A DNA stretch of 64,000 bases from the NCBI RefSeq assembly GCF_938002845.1, contig NZ_CALKZP010000028.1:9805-73804 (forward strand), in the 5' to 3' direction. The translations under genes were made by a program, and so were the position numbers. Shown one piece after another: positions 37,157 to 46,376 of the stretch; the stretch's first letter is position 1; each line of letters opens with the position of its first letter. The notes beneath the pieces were generated by a model. The model worked only from the letters and a program-made list of their open reading frames with translations, made no database searches and had not been told where the DNA came from. This stretch comes from an uncultured Campylobacter sp. (GTDB lineage Bacteria; Campylobacterota; Campylobacteria; Campylobacterales; Campylobacteraceae).

Positions 37157-38254
37157 TTACAGCGCCTGCGCGAGTATAAATTTTGCAAAATCCTCGCGGG
37201 AGTTCGGGCATTTGCACACTTCGTAGTATTCATAACCCAGCTCGCACGCCTGGGCCCTATAAAAAATATCCAGCTCAAAATCGGTCTCGGAGTTATCCAC
37301 GCAAAACGCGATCGGAAATATCAGCGCTTTTTTGCTCTGCAGATCTCGCAAAACGTCCGCGACATTGGGCTCTAGCCACTTCACGGGGCCAAGGCGCGAT
37401 TGATACGCCAAAATGATCTCTTTAAATTTAATCCCGCGCGCAGCCAGCAGATCTTTTAAAATTTCCACGTGTGCTTCTACCTGCGCCTCGTAAGGATCGC
37501 CCGCGGCGATCATTTTTACCGGCAGCGAATGGGCAGAAAATATGAGTGAAATTTGCGAAATTTCATCCGCGCTAAATTTTGCGACGCAGCTTGCGATTAA
37601 ATTTAGCAAAATTTCGTTGTAAGCGGCGTTGTCGTAGAAAATATCAACTATCTTATAATTTTTTATACCGAGCTGTTTAAGTGCCGCCTCGGCAGAGCAC
37701 AGGCTCGATTGCACCGTAGTTTTTGAGAAGTGCGGATACAAAGGCATCAAAATTATCTCATCAAAATCCGCATATTTTTTAAGCACGTCCTCCGCAAATG
37801 GCGGCGTGTAATTCATCGCATAATCGCAAATTAACTCGTCTATCGGTTTTTTATCCCGCGGCGCCTCGTTTTGCAGCGCCTTGCCCTGCGTCGGGGCGTC
37901 TTGCGGCGGCTTGCTCTGCAATGAAATGTCTTGCGGCGGCTCATTCGCGGCGCCCGCATCCGCTGCATTTTCAAATTTTAATCCCGCGCCTAATTTTGCT
38001 CGCGCGAGTAAATTTACCCGCTCGCAAAGCGCTTCGGTGATGGAGCATATCGGCGAGCGCCCGCCCAATTTTTCGTAGTTGCTGCGCGCCGATGCGGTTC
38101 TGCTTTTTACGATGAGCGCGGCTAAAACGCTGCGCCAAAAATCGCTCTTAACGCCCAAAATAAAGGGGTCGTTAAACATATTTTTTAAAAAAACTTCAAC
38201 CTCGCTCAGATTGTTCGGACCGCCCATGTTGAGCAAAATTAGGGCTTTTTTCAT
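37157..38254 (-). CDS. hemH: Ferrochelatase with a ~55-aa low-complexity insert
   Basis: ILLNMGGPNNLSEVEVFLKNMFNDP and a conserved C-terminal half (SAHSLP...). The insert at roughly 37835-38005 contains a 30-bp-spaced direct repeat, GTCTTGCGGCGGC, at 37898 and 37928. Confidence 0.85.
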   Translation of the reverse strand: MKKALILLNMGGPNNLSEVEVFLKNMFNDPFILGVKSDFWRSVLAALIVKSRTASARSNYEKLGGRSPICSITEALCERVNLLARAKLGAGLKFENAADAGAANEPPQDISLQSKPPQDAPTQGKALQNEAPRDKKPIDELICDYAMNYTPPFAEDVLKKYADFDEIILMPLYPHFSKTTVQSSLCSAEAALKQLGIKNYKIVDIFYDNAAYNEILLNLIASCVAKFSADEISQISLIFSAHSLPVKMIAAGDPYEAQVEAHVEILKDLLAARGIKFKEIILAYQSRLGPVKWLEPNVADVLRDLQSKKALIFPIAFCVDNSETDFELDIFYRAQACELGYEYYEVCKCPNSREDFAKFILAQAL

Positions 38255-39129
38255 GAGATGATTTCTCTGATTTTTATCGCATCCTCGACGCTTGCAAGAC
38301 CTGCGTTAGTACTGCTGTCGCACATCGCGCAAAATGCTTCGTGTTCGCGGCGCAGCGAAAAGTCATCGCGATCGACGCGCAGATTTACGCGCCCGTCAGG
38401 CGTAATTTTAAAAAGAGTTATTGAGATTAGATCGCCGAAATACACACCGCTGTCGGTGCAAATCTCGATACCGTGGCGTCTGATCGGATAGAGATTGGAC
38501 TGCATTAGCGTGCAATAGCAGCCGCTTTTTGTGTGAAGCGTCGCGCATGCGGCTAGAGTGCGCTCTTTAGAGATATTTTTGCTAAGTTCTATGCAGGCGA
38601 TCTCGCTGTGAGAAAGCAGCCGCACAAGATCGATATCTCTAAAAAGGGCATTGGCGACAATATCTGCTCTATCATCGTTTGCAAAACCGCTTACAAAGCT
38701 CATCGAAAAAATTTTATCCCCCTTGGCAAGCTCGCGTAGCAAGGATACGATGACGGGATTGTAGCGGTCGGAGTAGCCTACGGCTAGGCGCGTACCGTTA
38801 GTAGTGACTGCGTAGTTTATCTCTCTGGCTTCGGCTAGGCTTTGTGCGAGCGGAGATTCTACAAAGATATTTTTGGTAAACGGCAGGCATTTTAAAATCA
38901 GCTCTTTATGCGATGGCGGGGGAGCCGTTATGACTACGGCATCGGGCTTGGCGACGTTAAAAAGATCGGTTAGATTATCAAAGATCGGATAGCGCGGGCC
39001 GAAATTTTCACTGCTGCCCTTATGATAAAGCGCTACAAGCTCGAAATAATCGCTCCTTCTTAGCTCGCTGAAGTGCTTTTGACCAAGCTCGCCCATGCCT
39101 ATGATCGCTATCTTTTTTTTCATCGCCAT
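38251..39129 (-). CDS. Gfo/Idh/MocA-family NAD(P)-dependent oxidoreductase
   Basis: N-terminal Rossmann motif KIAIIGMGELG and an ESPLA motif. Its stop overlaps the hemH start (ATGA). Confidence 0.75.
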   Translation of the reverse strand: MAMKKKIAIIGMGELGQKHFSELRRSDYFELVALYHKGSSENFGPRYPIFDNLTDLFNVAKPDAVVITAPPPSHKELILKCLPFTKNIFVESPLAQSLAEAREINYAVTTNGTRLAVGYSDRYNPVIVSLLRELAKGDKIFSMSFVSGFANDDRADIVANALFRDIDLVRLLSHSEIACIELSKNISKERTLAACATLHTKSGCYCTLMQSNLYPIRRHGIEICTDSGVYFGDLISITLFKITPDGRVNLRVDRDDFSLRREHEAFCAMCDSSTNAGLASVEDAIKIREIIS

Positions 39130-39245
39130 GCCCTAAATTTAATCTTTCGCGCCATTATAACTAAGAATGGTTAAAATTTTATAGTTTTTAAAATCTAATT
39201 TAGCTAAAATGCGCCTTTAAAATTTAACTTGAAATAGGACAAATC

Positions 39246-41789
39246 ATGGATATTAGAAGCGAATATTTAAATTTCTTTGCAAGCAAGGGCCATCAGATCA
39301 TCCCCAGCGCGCCGTTGGTGCCCGATGATGATAGCTTGCTTTTTACGAATGCGGGCATGGTGCCCTTTAAAAGCATATTTACAGGAGCCGTTCCGCGTCC
39401 GACGCCGCCTATCCGCACGAGCTGTCAGACCTGCATCCGCGCCGGCGGCAAGCACAACGACCTAGACAACGTCGGCTACACCGCGCGCCACCATACGTTT
39501 TTTGAGATGCTTGGAAATTTCAGCTTCGGCGAGTATTTTAAAGAGCAAGCGATCGCCTATGCGTGGGAGTTTATCACTGAAATTTTAAAGCTTCCCAAAG
39601 AAAAACTCTACGTCACCGTGCACGAAAAGGACAACGAAGCTTACGAGTTCTGGGCGCGCCACATAGCACAGGAGCGCATATATCGCTTTGGCGATCACGA
39701 TAACTTTTGGGCGATGGGCGATACCGGACCTTGCGGACCGTGCAGCGAAATTTTTTACGATCAGGGTGAGGAGCATTTTCACTCATCCGAGGATTATATG
39801 GGCGGCGACGGCGACCGCTTTTTAGAGATTTGGAATTTAGTTTTCATGCAGTATGAGCGCAGCAAAGACGGCAAGCTTAGCCCGCTTCCAAAGCCTAGCA
39901 TCGACACGGGCATGGGGCTTGAACGCGTCACGGCGATTAAGGAAGGCAAATTTAGCAACTACGACAGCTCGCTTTTTATGCCGCTAATAGACGAGGTTGC
40001 AAAGCTTTGCGGCAAACCTTACGTTTATGAAAGCGGCGCGAGCTATCGCGTCATCGCCGATCATATCCGCTCGGTTACGTTTTTGCTAGCGCAGGGAACA
40101 AATTTTAATCGCGAGGGCAGAGGATACGTTTTGCGTAGAATTCTGCGCCGTGCCGTTCGCCACGGCTATCTGCTCGGCATCAAAGAGCCCTTTATGTATC
40201 GCCTTGTGGATAAAGTATGCGAGCTGATGGGCGGGCACTATGCCTATCTGAACGAGAAAAAGCAAGCCGTAAAGGAGCAGATCAAACTCGAAGAGGAGCG
40301 GTTTTTTGCCACTTTGGCAAACGGTATCGAGCTTTTTAACGAGGAGCTTAAGCATACTAAAGAAATTTTTAGCGGCGAGGTCGCGTTTAAGTTATATGAT
40401 ACCTACGGCTTTCCGCTCGATCTGACCGCCGATATGCTGCGCGAGAAAAATTTGCGCGTGGATGAAGCTAAATTTGACGCGCTTATGAGCGAGCAAAGGC
40501 AGATAGCTAAAGCCGCATGGAAGGGCAGTGGCGATAAAAATGTCCGTGGCGATTTCAAGGCGCTGTTAGAGAAATTCGGCGAGAATAAATTTAGCGGTTA
40601 CGAAGAGCTTAGCCGCACGAGCAAGGTTTTAGCACTACTTAACGAGGATTTTGCAGAAGTGGATGAGCTCAAAGCTGGCGATATCGGCTGGGCGATGTTT
40701 GATATCACTCCGTTTTATGCACAAAGCGGCGGTCAAACGGGCGATAGCGGCGAAGTGGAGTCCATAGCCGATGTGTTTGATACGCAGAAATTTTATGGGC
40801 TAAATTTATCCCACTTGCGCCTTAATCGTAACCTGAAAATCGGCGATATCGTCGGGCTTAAAGTTTCTGAGGAGCGTGAGCAGATTGCACGTCATCACAG
40901 CGCGACACATCTTTTGCACGCGGCGCTTCGTGCGGTGCTAGGGGCTCATATCGCTCAAGCAGGAAGCTTGGTTGAAGCGGACCGCTTAAGATTTGACTTC
41001 TCGCATCCTAAGGCACTTAGCGGCGAGGAGCTAGCTAAAATCGAGGAATTTGTAAATAATGCCGTTTGCAAGGGCTGTGCGGCAAAAACTGAGATTATGG
41101 ATATAGATGACGCTAAAAACAGCGGCGCGATTGCGCTTTTTGGCGAAAAATACGGCTCAAAAGTGCGCGTTGTGAGCTTCGGAGAGATTAGTAAGGAGCT
41201 TTGCGGCGGAATTCACGTGCGTAATTTAAGCGAAATAGGACCGTTTTTTATCGTCAAAGAAAGCAGTGTAAGTGCGGGCGTTAGGCGTATTGAGGCAGTT
41301 TGTTCGCGCGCTGCTTTAAATTTGGCGCTTCAAAATCGCGCTAAGCTTGCTGAAATTTCTGCGGAGCTAAAGGGGATTGAGCCTCTCCGCGCGATTGAGA
41401 AATTAAAAGATGAGATTAGATCGCTAAAAGATCAGATCAAGCATGCAAGCAGTTCTCATGCACTGGCTTTTTTAAATGTCGGCGATACCAAACTTTGCGT
41501 AGCCTCGGTCGAAAGCGGTGATATAAAAACTATGATAGATGAGTTTAAAAATAGCCACGAAAAGGCGGCGATAATGCTGATGCAAGTGGGCGCGGACGGT
41601 AAAATTTCAATCGCGGCGGGCGTTAAAAACGCGCCGATCAAAGCTGGCGAGTGGGTTAAGCTCGCGGCACAAATTTTAGGCGGTGGCGGCGGCGGACGCG
41701 ACGATTTTGCGACCGCGGGCGGTAGGGACGTGCTAAAAATCGAAGAAGCGATCAAAGAGGCGATCTCTTACGCAAAAGGTAAAATTTGA
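39246..41789 (+). CDS. alaS: Alanine--tRNA ligase
   Basis: [18 protein letters not shown], an editing-domain HxxxH (HHSATHLLH), and a C-terminal DHHA1-like [14 protein letters not shown]. Confidence 0.95.
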   Translation: MDIRSEYLNFFASKGHQIIPSAPLVPDDDSLLFTNAGMVPFKSIFTGAVPRPTPPIRTSCQTCIRAGGKHNDLDNVGYTARHHTFFEMLGNFSFGEYFKEQAIAYAWEFITEILKLPKEKLYVTVHEKDNEAYEFWARHIAQERIYRFGDHDNFWAMGDTGPCGPCSEIFYDQGEEHFHSSEDYMGGDGDRFLEIWNLVFMQYERSKDGKLSPLPKPSIDTGMGLERVTAIKEGKFSNYDSSLFMPLIDEVAKLCGKPYVYESGASYRVIADHIRSVTFLLAQGTNFNREGRGYVLRRILRRAVRHGYLLGIKEPFMYRLVDKVCELMGGHYAYLNEKKQAVKEQIKLEEERFFATLANGIELFNEELKHTKEIFSGEVAFKLYDTYGFPLDLTADMLREKNLRVDEAKFDALMSEQRQIAKAAWKGSGDKNVRGDFKALLEKFGENKFSGYEELSRTSKVLALLNEDFAEVDELKAGDIGWAMFDITPFYAQSGGQTGDSGEVESIADVFDTQKFYGLNLSHLRLNRNLKIGDIVGLKVSEEREQIARHHSATHLLHAALRAVLGAHIAQAGSLVEADRLRFDFSHPKALSGEELAKIEEFVNNAVCKGCAAKTEIMDIDDAKNSGAIALFGEKYGSKVRVVSFGEISKELCGGIHVRNLSEIGPFFIVKESSVSAGVRRIEAVCSRAALNLALQNRAKLAEISAELKGIEPLRAIEKLKDEIRSLKDQIKHASSSHALAFLNVGDTKLCVASVESGDIKTMIDEFKNSHEKAAIMLMQVGADGKISIAAGVKNAPIKAGEWVKLAAQILGGGGGGRDDFATAGGRDVLKIEEAIKEAISYAKGKI

Positions 41790-42295
41790 ACGAAATCGAT
41801 ACTGGCTTCATCAAAGCCTCGCAAATTTTGCCGCTGATTCACATTTTAAGCGTGATTTTTTTGGTCTGCGCGCAGATCTGCGTATTTTTGATCGCGCGGA
41901 TTTTTATGAATTTAAGCAGTAAAAGTCAAGCGGATGCGAAGGATGTAAAATTTGCAGAAATTTTACGATATATGAAACGCTATGAACAGTTCTTTGCACT
42001 ATTTTTGGTGATCGTTTGCGTAAGTGGATTTTTTCTTGCGGACGGCGGAAGTTTTAAATTTTCAGATCCTATGGTAAAAGGTGCGATTGCCACGCTATGG
42101 GCTGGCGCCGGCTTTATACTACTAAATTTTATCTACATGCATTATAAAATTTCATCTTTGAAGCGAGCTTTGGATGCAGGAGATGAGCTTGAGGCGAATG
42201 AGCATTTAATCATCGTCGTTAAATATTTCATCCCACTAAATATCGTAGTTACGCTGATTTGCGTTTATTTGGGCGTGACGGTGGGCGAGTTTTGA
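41786..42295 (+). CDS. Integral membrane protein, function unknown
   Basis: TTG start overlapping the alaS stop. Four predicted TM helices. Translationally coupled to maf through a TGATG junction. Confidence 0.6.
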   Translation: MNEIDTGFIKASQILPLIHILSVIFLVCAQICVFLIARIFMNLSSKSQADAKDVKFAEILRYMKRYEQFFALFLVIVCVSGFFLADGGSFKFSDPMVKGAIATLWAGAGFILLNFIYMHYKISSLKRALDAGDELEANEHLIIVVKYFIPLNIVVTLICVYLGVTVGEF

Positions 42296-42840
42296 TGATC
42301 TATTTAGCTTCCAGCTCGCCTACTAGGGCGCAAATTCTAAAAGATAACGGCGTAGAATTTACGCAAATTCCTTTTAATTTCGACGAAAGCGGCATTAGTA
42401 AGGACGATGCACGCACCTATGCTTACCGCGTTGCCGTAGCCAAGAAAGTGCAGTTTTTTAAAATTTATAAAAATTATGATAGAGTGCTGTTTGCCGATAG
42501 CTCCGTACTTGCCGGCGGCGAAATTTTAGGCAAGGCGCGGGATGAAGCGGACGCGTTAAGGATGCTGCGGGCTCAAAGCGGTGCTAGCTGCGCTGTTTAT
42601 ACTGCGATGATTTTTTGCAGTAAGGCGCTAGAACTTTCGGCACTTAGCGTCGCAAGCTTTGAATTTGCAGAATTTAATGAAGCAGATTTAAAAGGCTATA
42701 TCACTAGCGGCGATTGGCGCGGCAAGGCGGGTGCGATGAGTATCGAAGGCTTTAACGAAAAATATATCAAAAGCTCGCGTGGGTCGAAATTTACGGCGAT
42801 GGGGCTTGATCTGGAAATTTTAAAGAGGTTTGTATGGTAA
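42295..42840 (+). CDS. maf: Maf-like nucleoside-triphosphate pyrophosphatase
   Basis: [15 protein letters not shown]...GKAGAMSIEG. I prefer ATG 42295 to the tracked upstream start at 42259. Confidence 0.8.
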   Translation: MIYLASSSPTRAQILKDNGVEFTQIPFNFDESGISKDDARTYAYRVAVAKKVQFFKIYKNYDRVLFADSSVLAGGEILGKARDEADALRMLRAQSGASCAVYTAMIFCSKALELSALSVASFEFAEFNEADLKGYITSGDWRGKAGAMSIEGFNEKYIKSSRGSKFTAMGLDLEILKRFVW

Positions 42841-44744
42841 GAGTTTTATTTAGTTTTATTACGGTTTGTGCGTTTGCCGCAGGCGGGATTTTTTTGTATT
42901 TTTACTCGCAAATCCGCTTGGAATCGGACTCTATCATCGATTATCATCCCGAGCTTACGACTAAAATTTATGACCGCAACGGCAATTTGATAGCCAATGT
43001 TTTTAATGAACAAAATAGAATTTACGTAAAATTCGACGAGATTCCAGGCCGCGTAATCGAGGCGCTCGTAGCTATCGAGGATACGGCGTTTTTCGAACAC
43101 GGCGGCGTGAATGTCGAGGCGATTTTTAGGGCGATTATTAAGGATGTCAAAGCGATGAAATTCGTCGAAGGGGCTTCTACGATTACGCAGCAGATCACGC
43201 GAAATTTAGTTCTTTCGAGCGAAAAGAAGCTTGATCGCAAGATCAAAGAAGCGATCCTATCGCTTAAGATAGAAAATGCTCTAAGCAAGGAACAAATTCT
43301 AGAGCGTTACTTTAACGAAGTGTATTTTGGGCACGGATATTACGGCATTCGCACGGCGGCTTTGGGATATTTCAAAAAGGATTTGCAAGATTTAAGCCTT
43401 AAAGAGATCGCGATTTTAGTGGGTTTGCCGAAAGCTCCTAGCAGCTTTGATCCTACTAAGCACCTGGATTTGTCGCTTTCGCGTGCCAATAACGTGATTT
43501 ATAGGATGCATGAGCTCGGCTGGATAAATAAGACCGAATATGAGCTTGCGATGAACGAGCAGCCTACGATCTACAACGAAACGCTCACGCAAAACGTAGC
43601 GCCGTATGCCGTAGATGAGATCATAAAAGAAGCGGAAAAAATTCTACCGGACGTCCGCACGGGCGGATACCGCATAGATACGAGCCTTGATTTAAAGGCG
43701 CAAGCGATGGCGCAAGAGGCATTAGTTTTCGGCTACAATGAAATTTTAAAGCGCAATAAAGACGCCAATGCAAGCAACGTAAACGGCGCTATGGTCGTCA
43801 CGCATCCGCAAAACGGCGAAATTTTAGCCTTAGTAGGCGGCGTGGATTACGCGAAATCAAATTTCAATCGCGCCAGCCAATCCCAGCGCCAAACTGGCTC
43901 CAGCTTTAAGCCTTTCGTCTATCAAATCGCCCTTGATATGGGCTACTCGACGATGACTGAGGTGCCCGATATAGCTAGAGAATTCGACGACGGCAGCGAC
44001 AAAACGTGGAAGCCGAAAAATTACGACAAGACTTACAGTGGCTATATCACGATCAAAGAAGCTTTAACTCGCTCGCGTAACCTTGCCTCGATCAATTTGA
44101 TGCAATCTATCGGCGTTGATCGCGCGGTAAAAAAGCTGGGCGAGTTCGGCTTTAAAAACGTTCCGCCCGCCCTGTCGGTGGCTATCGGCAGCTACGGAAT
44201 TTCGCCGCTTGAATACTCCACGATGTATTCGATGTTCCCGGGGCTTGGGATTACAGCAAAATCAAAATTTATCGTTTCGATTACCGATAAGGACGGCAAA
44301 ACTCGCTTTATCGAGCCTGAGAGACGTCGCGTGCTGCGCCCTGAACAGGCATATCTGATGACCACACTACTAAAAAATATCGTGCAGCGCGGCACCGGTA
44401 CTCGCGCGCGCGTGCAAGGCATCGACATAGCGGGCAAAACCGGCACCTCAAACGATAGCATAGACGCGTGGTTTTGCGGCTTCACGCCCGATTTGCAGAT
44501 CATTATATGGTACGGCAACGACGATTATAAACCGATGCGAAAGGTCGAGGGTGGCGGGCGTACTGCAGCACCAGTCTTTGCGCGCTTTTTAGCAAACTAC
44601 CTCAAAGAGTATCCGCAAACTAAACGAAATTTCACGGTTCCGGACGGCGTCTTTAGCAGCTCATACAACGGCAAGGAGGAGTATTATACTAAAATTTCGC
44701 CGCTTCCTAAACCCCGTGAAAGCAGCAGCGACGGATCATTTTAA
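42834..44744 (+). CDS. pbpA: Class A penicillin-binding protein 1A (glycosyltransferase/transpeptidase)
   Basis: GT51 motifs EDTAFFEHGGV and GASTITQQ. Transpeptidase motifs SSFKP and KTGTS. The order alaS-maf-pbpA matches C. jejuni. Confidence 0.9.
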   Translation: MVRVLFSFITVCAFAAGGIFLYFYSQIRLESDSIIDYHPELTTKIYDRNGNLIANVFNEQNRIYVKFDEIPGRVIEALVAIEDTAFFEHGGVNVEAIFRAIIKDVKAMKFVEGASTITQQITRNLVLSSEKKLDRKIKEAILSLKIENALSKEQILERYFNEVYFGHGYYGIRTAALGYFKKDLQDLSLKEIAILVGLPKAPSSFDPTKHLDLSLSRANNVIYRMHELGWINKTEYELAMNEQPTIYNETLTQNVAPYAVDEIIKEAEKILPDVRTGGYRIDTSLDLKAQAMAQEALVFGYNEILKRNKDANASNVNGAMVVTHPQNGEILALVGGVDYAKSNFNRASQSQRQTGSSFKPFVYQIALDMGYSTMTEVPDIAREFDDGSDKTWKPKNYDKTYSGYITIKEALTRSRNLASINLMQSIGVDRAVKKLGEFGFKNVPPALSVAIGSYGISPLEYSTMYSMFPGLGITAKSKFIVSITDKDGKTRFIEPERRRVLRPEQAYLMTTLLKNIVQRGTGTRARVQGIDIAGKTGTSNDSIDAWFCGFTPDLQIIIWYGNDDYKPMRKVEGGGRTAAPVFARFLANYLKEYPQTKRNFTVPDGVFSSSYNGKEEYYTKISPLPKPRESSSDGSF

Positions 44745-44889
44745 ATTTGGATGGAAATCTAAATTTGATCCACTTTCGGAAGCCCTTGCATGAATTGCGT
44801 TTATTACACAAACATAAATATGCTAATTTTATAGTTTGTTTAAGGTTGTAGGCGCTAAAATGCGTAATCATTTTATTTAGGGGTTAAGA

Positions 44890-45540
44890 TTGCAGGATTT
44901 AGAATTCGAAAGTAAAAAGATAAGAATAGAAAATACTCGTGTAAAATTCGGCAAATTTTTTACGAAATTATGTTTTATATATTTTTTATATTCTCTTAGC
45001 GCCTTTATAATTCCTAAAAATATTTTAGATATTTCTCCTGCGTGCTTGAATTTCGTAAATTTTATGAAAAGCTATTTTCCAAATATCGAAATTATCGGTA
45101 GTATTAGCCCATACACCCAACTTTCTGAATTTTACGTTAGTATTATGTGGATATACGGGATTATTATTTTTGCGGTTTCTAGCTTATATTCATTGGTTTA
45201 TTATATTTACTTTTGCAGATATGATGATGATTTTATATTGCTTTCAAAAAAGAAGTGTGAAAACGATTGCCCGTTTTTGTTGCTTCCGTTTATGTTTGGT
45301 CTTGGTATTTTTATGTTTGAGGTTTATTATACCGGATATTTTGCAAGCAGCGGTATAAGCATAAGAACAAGCCATTTTATGCCGGAATTTCAAAGTAGAT
45401 TTTCAATTTTTGGATATATTATTTTCTTTCAATCTGGTTTTTCTCTTTCTGGTTCCGTAATATTAATGTCTGCATTTGAATTTATTTACAAAATATATTT
45501 CTATTTAAAAGAAGTGAAAGATGCAGAGCAAAGTCAATGA
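44890..45540 (+). CDS. Polytopic membrane protein in a very A+T-rich islet, function unknown
   Basis: TTG start preceded by AGGGG. 216 aa with 4-5 hydrophobic helices, rich in Phe, Tyr and Ile. No recognised family. Confidence 0.6.
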   Translation: MQDLEFESKKIRIENTRVKFGKFFTKLCFIYFLYSLSAFIIPKNILDISPACLNFVNFMKSYFPNIEIIGSISPYTQLSEFYVSIMWIYGIIIFAVSSLYSLVYYIYFCRYDDDFILLSKKKCENDCPFLLLPFMFGLGIFMFEVYYTGYFASSGISIRTSHFMPEFQSRFSIFGYIIFFQSGFSLSGSVILMSAFEFIYKIYFYLKEVKDAEQSQ

Positions 45541-45581
45541 AAAGAGCGGTGTATTGAATTAAAAATTTGGAGTATTATCGT

Positions 45582-46232
45582 ATGGAATTTCAAAGTTATA
45601 AATCTGAAATGCCTCTTTTTATGATCAAAGATTATTGGACTAAAATCAGCACAGAATGTTATTTAATATTAGCTGTATTTTTAGTTATATTCCTATTTTT
45701 CTGCAGAGGAAGTGCTTGGGCATACCAGTTTTTAGGAGCCGTTACTTTTTTGGTGGGAATTTTATTTATTAATAAACATAAATTTTTAAATTTCTATTCC
45801 GATAGAATAGAATATAATTCTTTATGCAAAAATTATAACGATGTATATTCGGTACATAAAAGTGTAAAGACTTCTAATTTCGATAAAATCGCTATTTATA
45901 AATTTTCTGGACTCGTGATTGAAGACGCGTGCAAATACAATGCCAATATAACTAGGTTTAAAAAATTTCTCTTGCTAATTTTATCGTACGCTCTACATCC
46001 GATAAATCTTCTTTGCTTCGGTGTACTTAAAATTTTAAGAAGAATAGATAGCATAAATTTAAATGTTCTAATTTTATTAGATAGTACTCATAGTAATTAT
46101 TTTGCCATTCCGCTAACTATGTTAAGTGAGTATGAACGAGTAAATTTGAAAAAGTATTTAAAAGACAAACTAAATCTAAATCTTAATAATATCGAGGTAA
46201 GGGATAGATTTATAGATATAAATTTTATATAA
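45582..46232 (+). CDS. Membrane protein in a very A+T-rich islet, function unknown
   Basis: ATG 45582 lies 9 nt downstream of GGAG; the tracked TTG 45567 is the alternative start. Two N-terminal TM helices plus a later hydrophobic segment. No recognised family. Confidence 0.6.
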   Translation: MEFQSYKSEMPLFMIKDYWTKISTECYLILAVFLVIFLFFCRGSAWAYQFLGAVTFLVGILFINKHKFLNFYSDRIEYNSLCKNYNDVYSVHKSVKTSNFDKIAIYKFSGLVIEDACKYNANITRFKKFLLLILSYALHPINLLCFGVLKILRRIDSINLNVLILLDSTHSNYFAIPLTMLSEYERVNLKKYLKDKLNLNLNNIEVRDRFIDINFI

Positions 46233-46304
46233 AATTTTTTAAAACCCTTTATTTCAGTATATTTTAATAAATTCCAGCTTAAGCAGATAAATTTTATCTT
46301 TTTA

Positions 46305-46318
46305 TTGACGAGCCTCAA
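46305..46318 (+). promoter_or_regulatory. Crp/Fnr-family-type box TTGAC-N4-CTCAA upstream of qNOR
   Basis: Matches the TTGAT-N4-ATCAA consensus at 8 of 10 positions. Its centre lies about 41.5 nt upstream of the start site predicted from the TAAAAT -10 hexamer at 46341-46346. Confidence 0.45.
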
Positions 46319-46376
46319 TGCTTATCGAAATTTAAATAGGTAAAATTCTCTCCTAATTTCAGTTAAAGGAGTGAGA

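Noticed and set aside
44745-46370. Mobile element (IS, MITE or integrative islet) as the origin of the A+T-rich cassette; likewise for 35446..37156
   Set aside because: I could find no transposase, integrase, tRNA target, terminal inverted repeats or flanking direct repeats by eye. I report them only as compositionally foreign islets, not as mobile elements.
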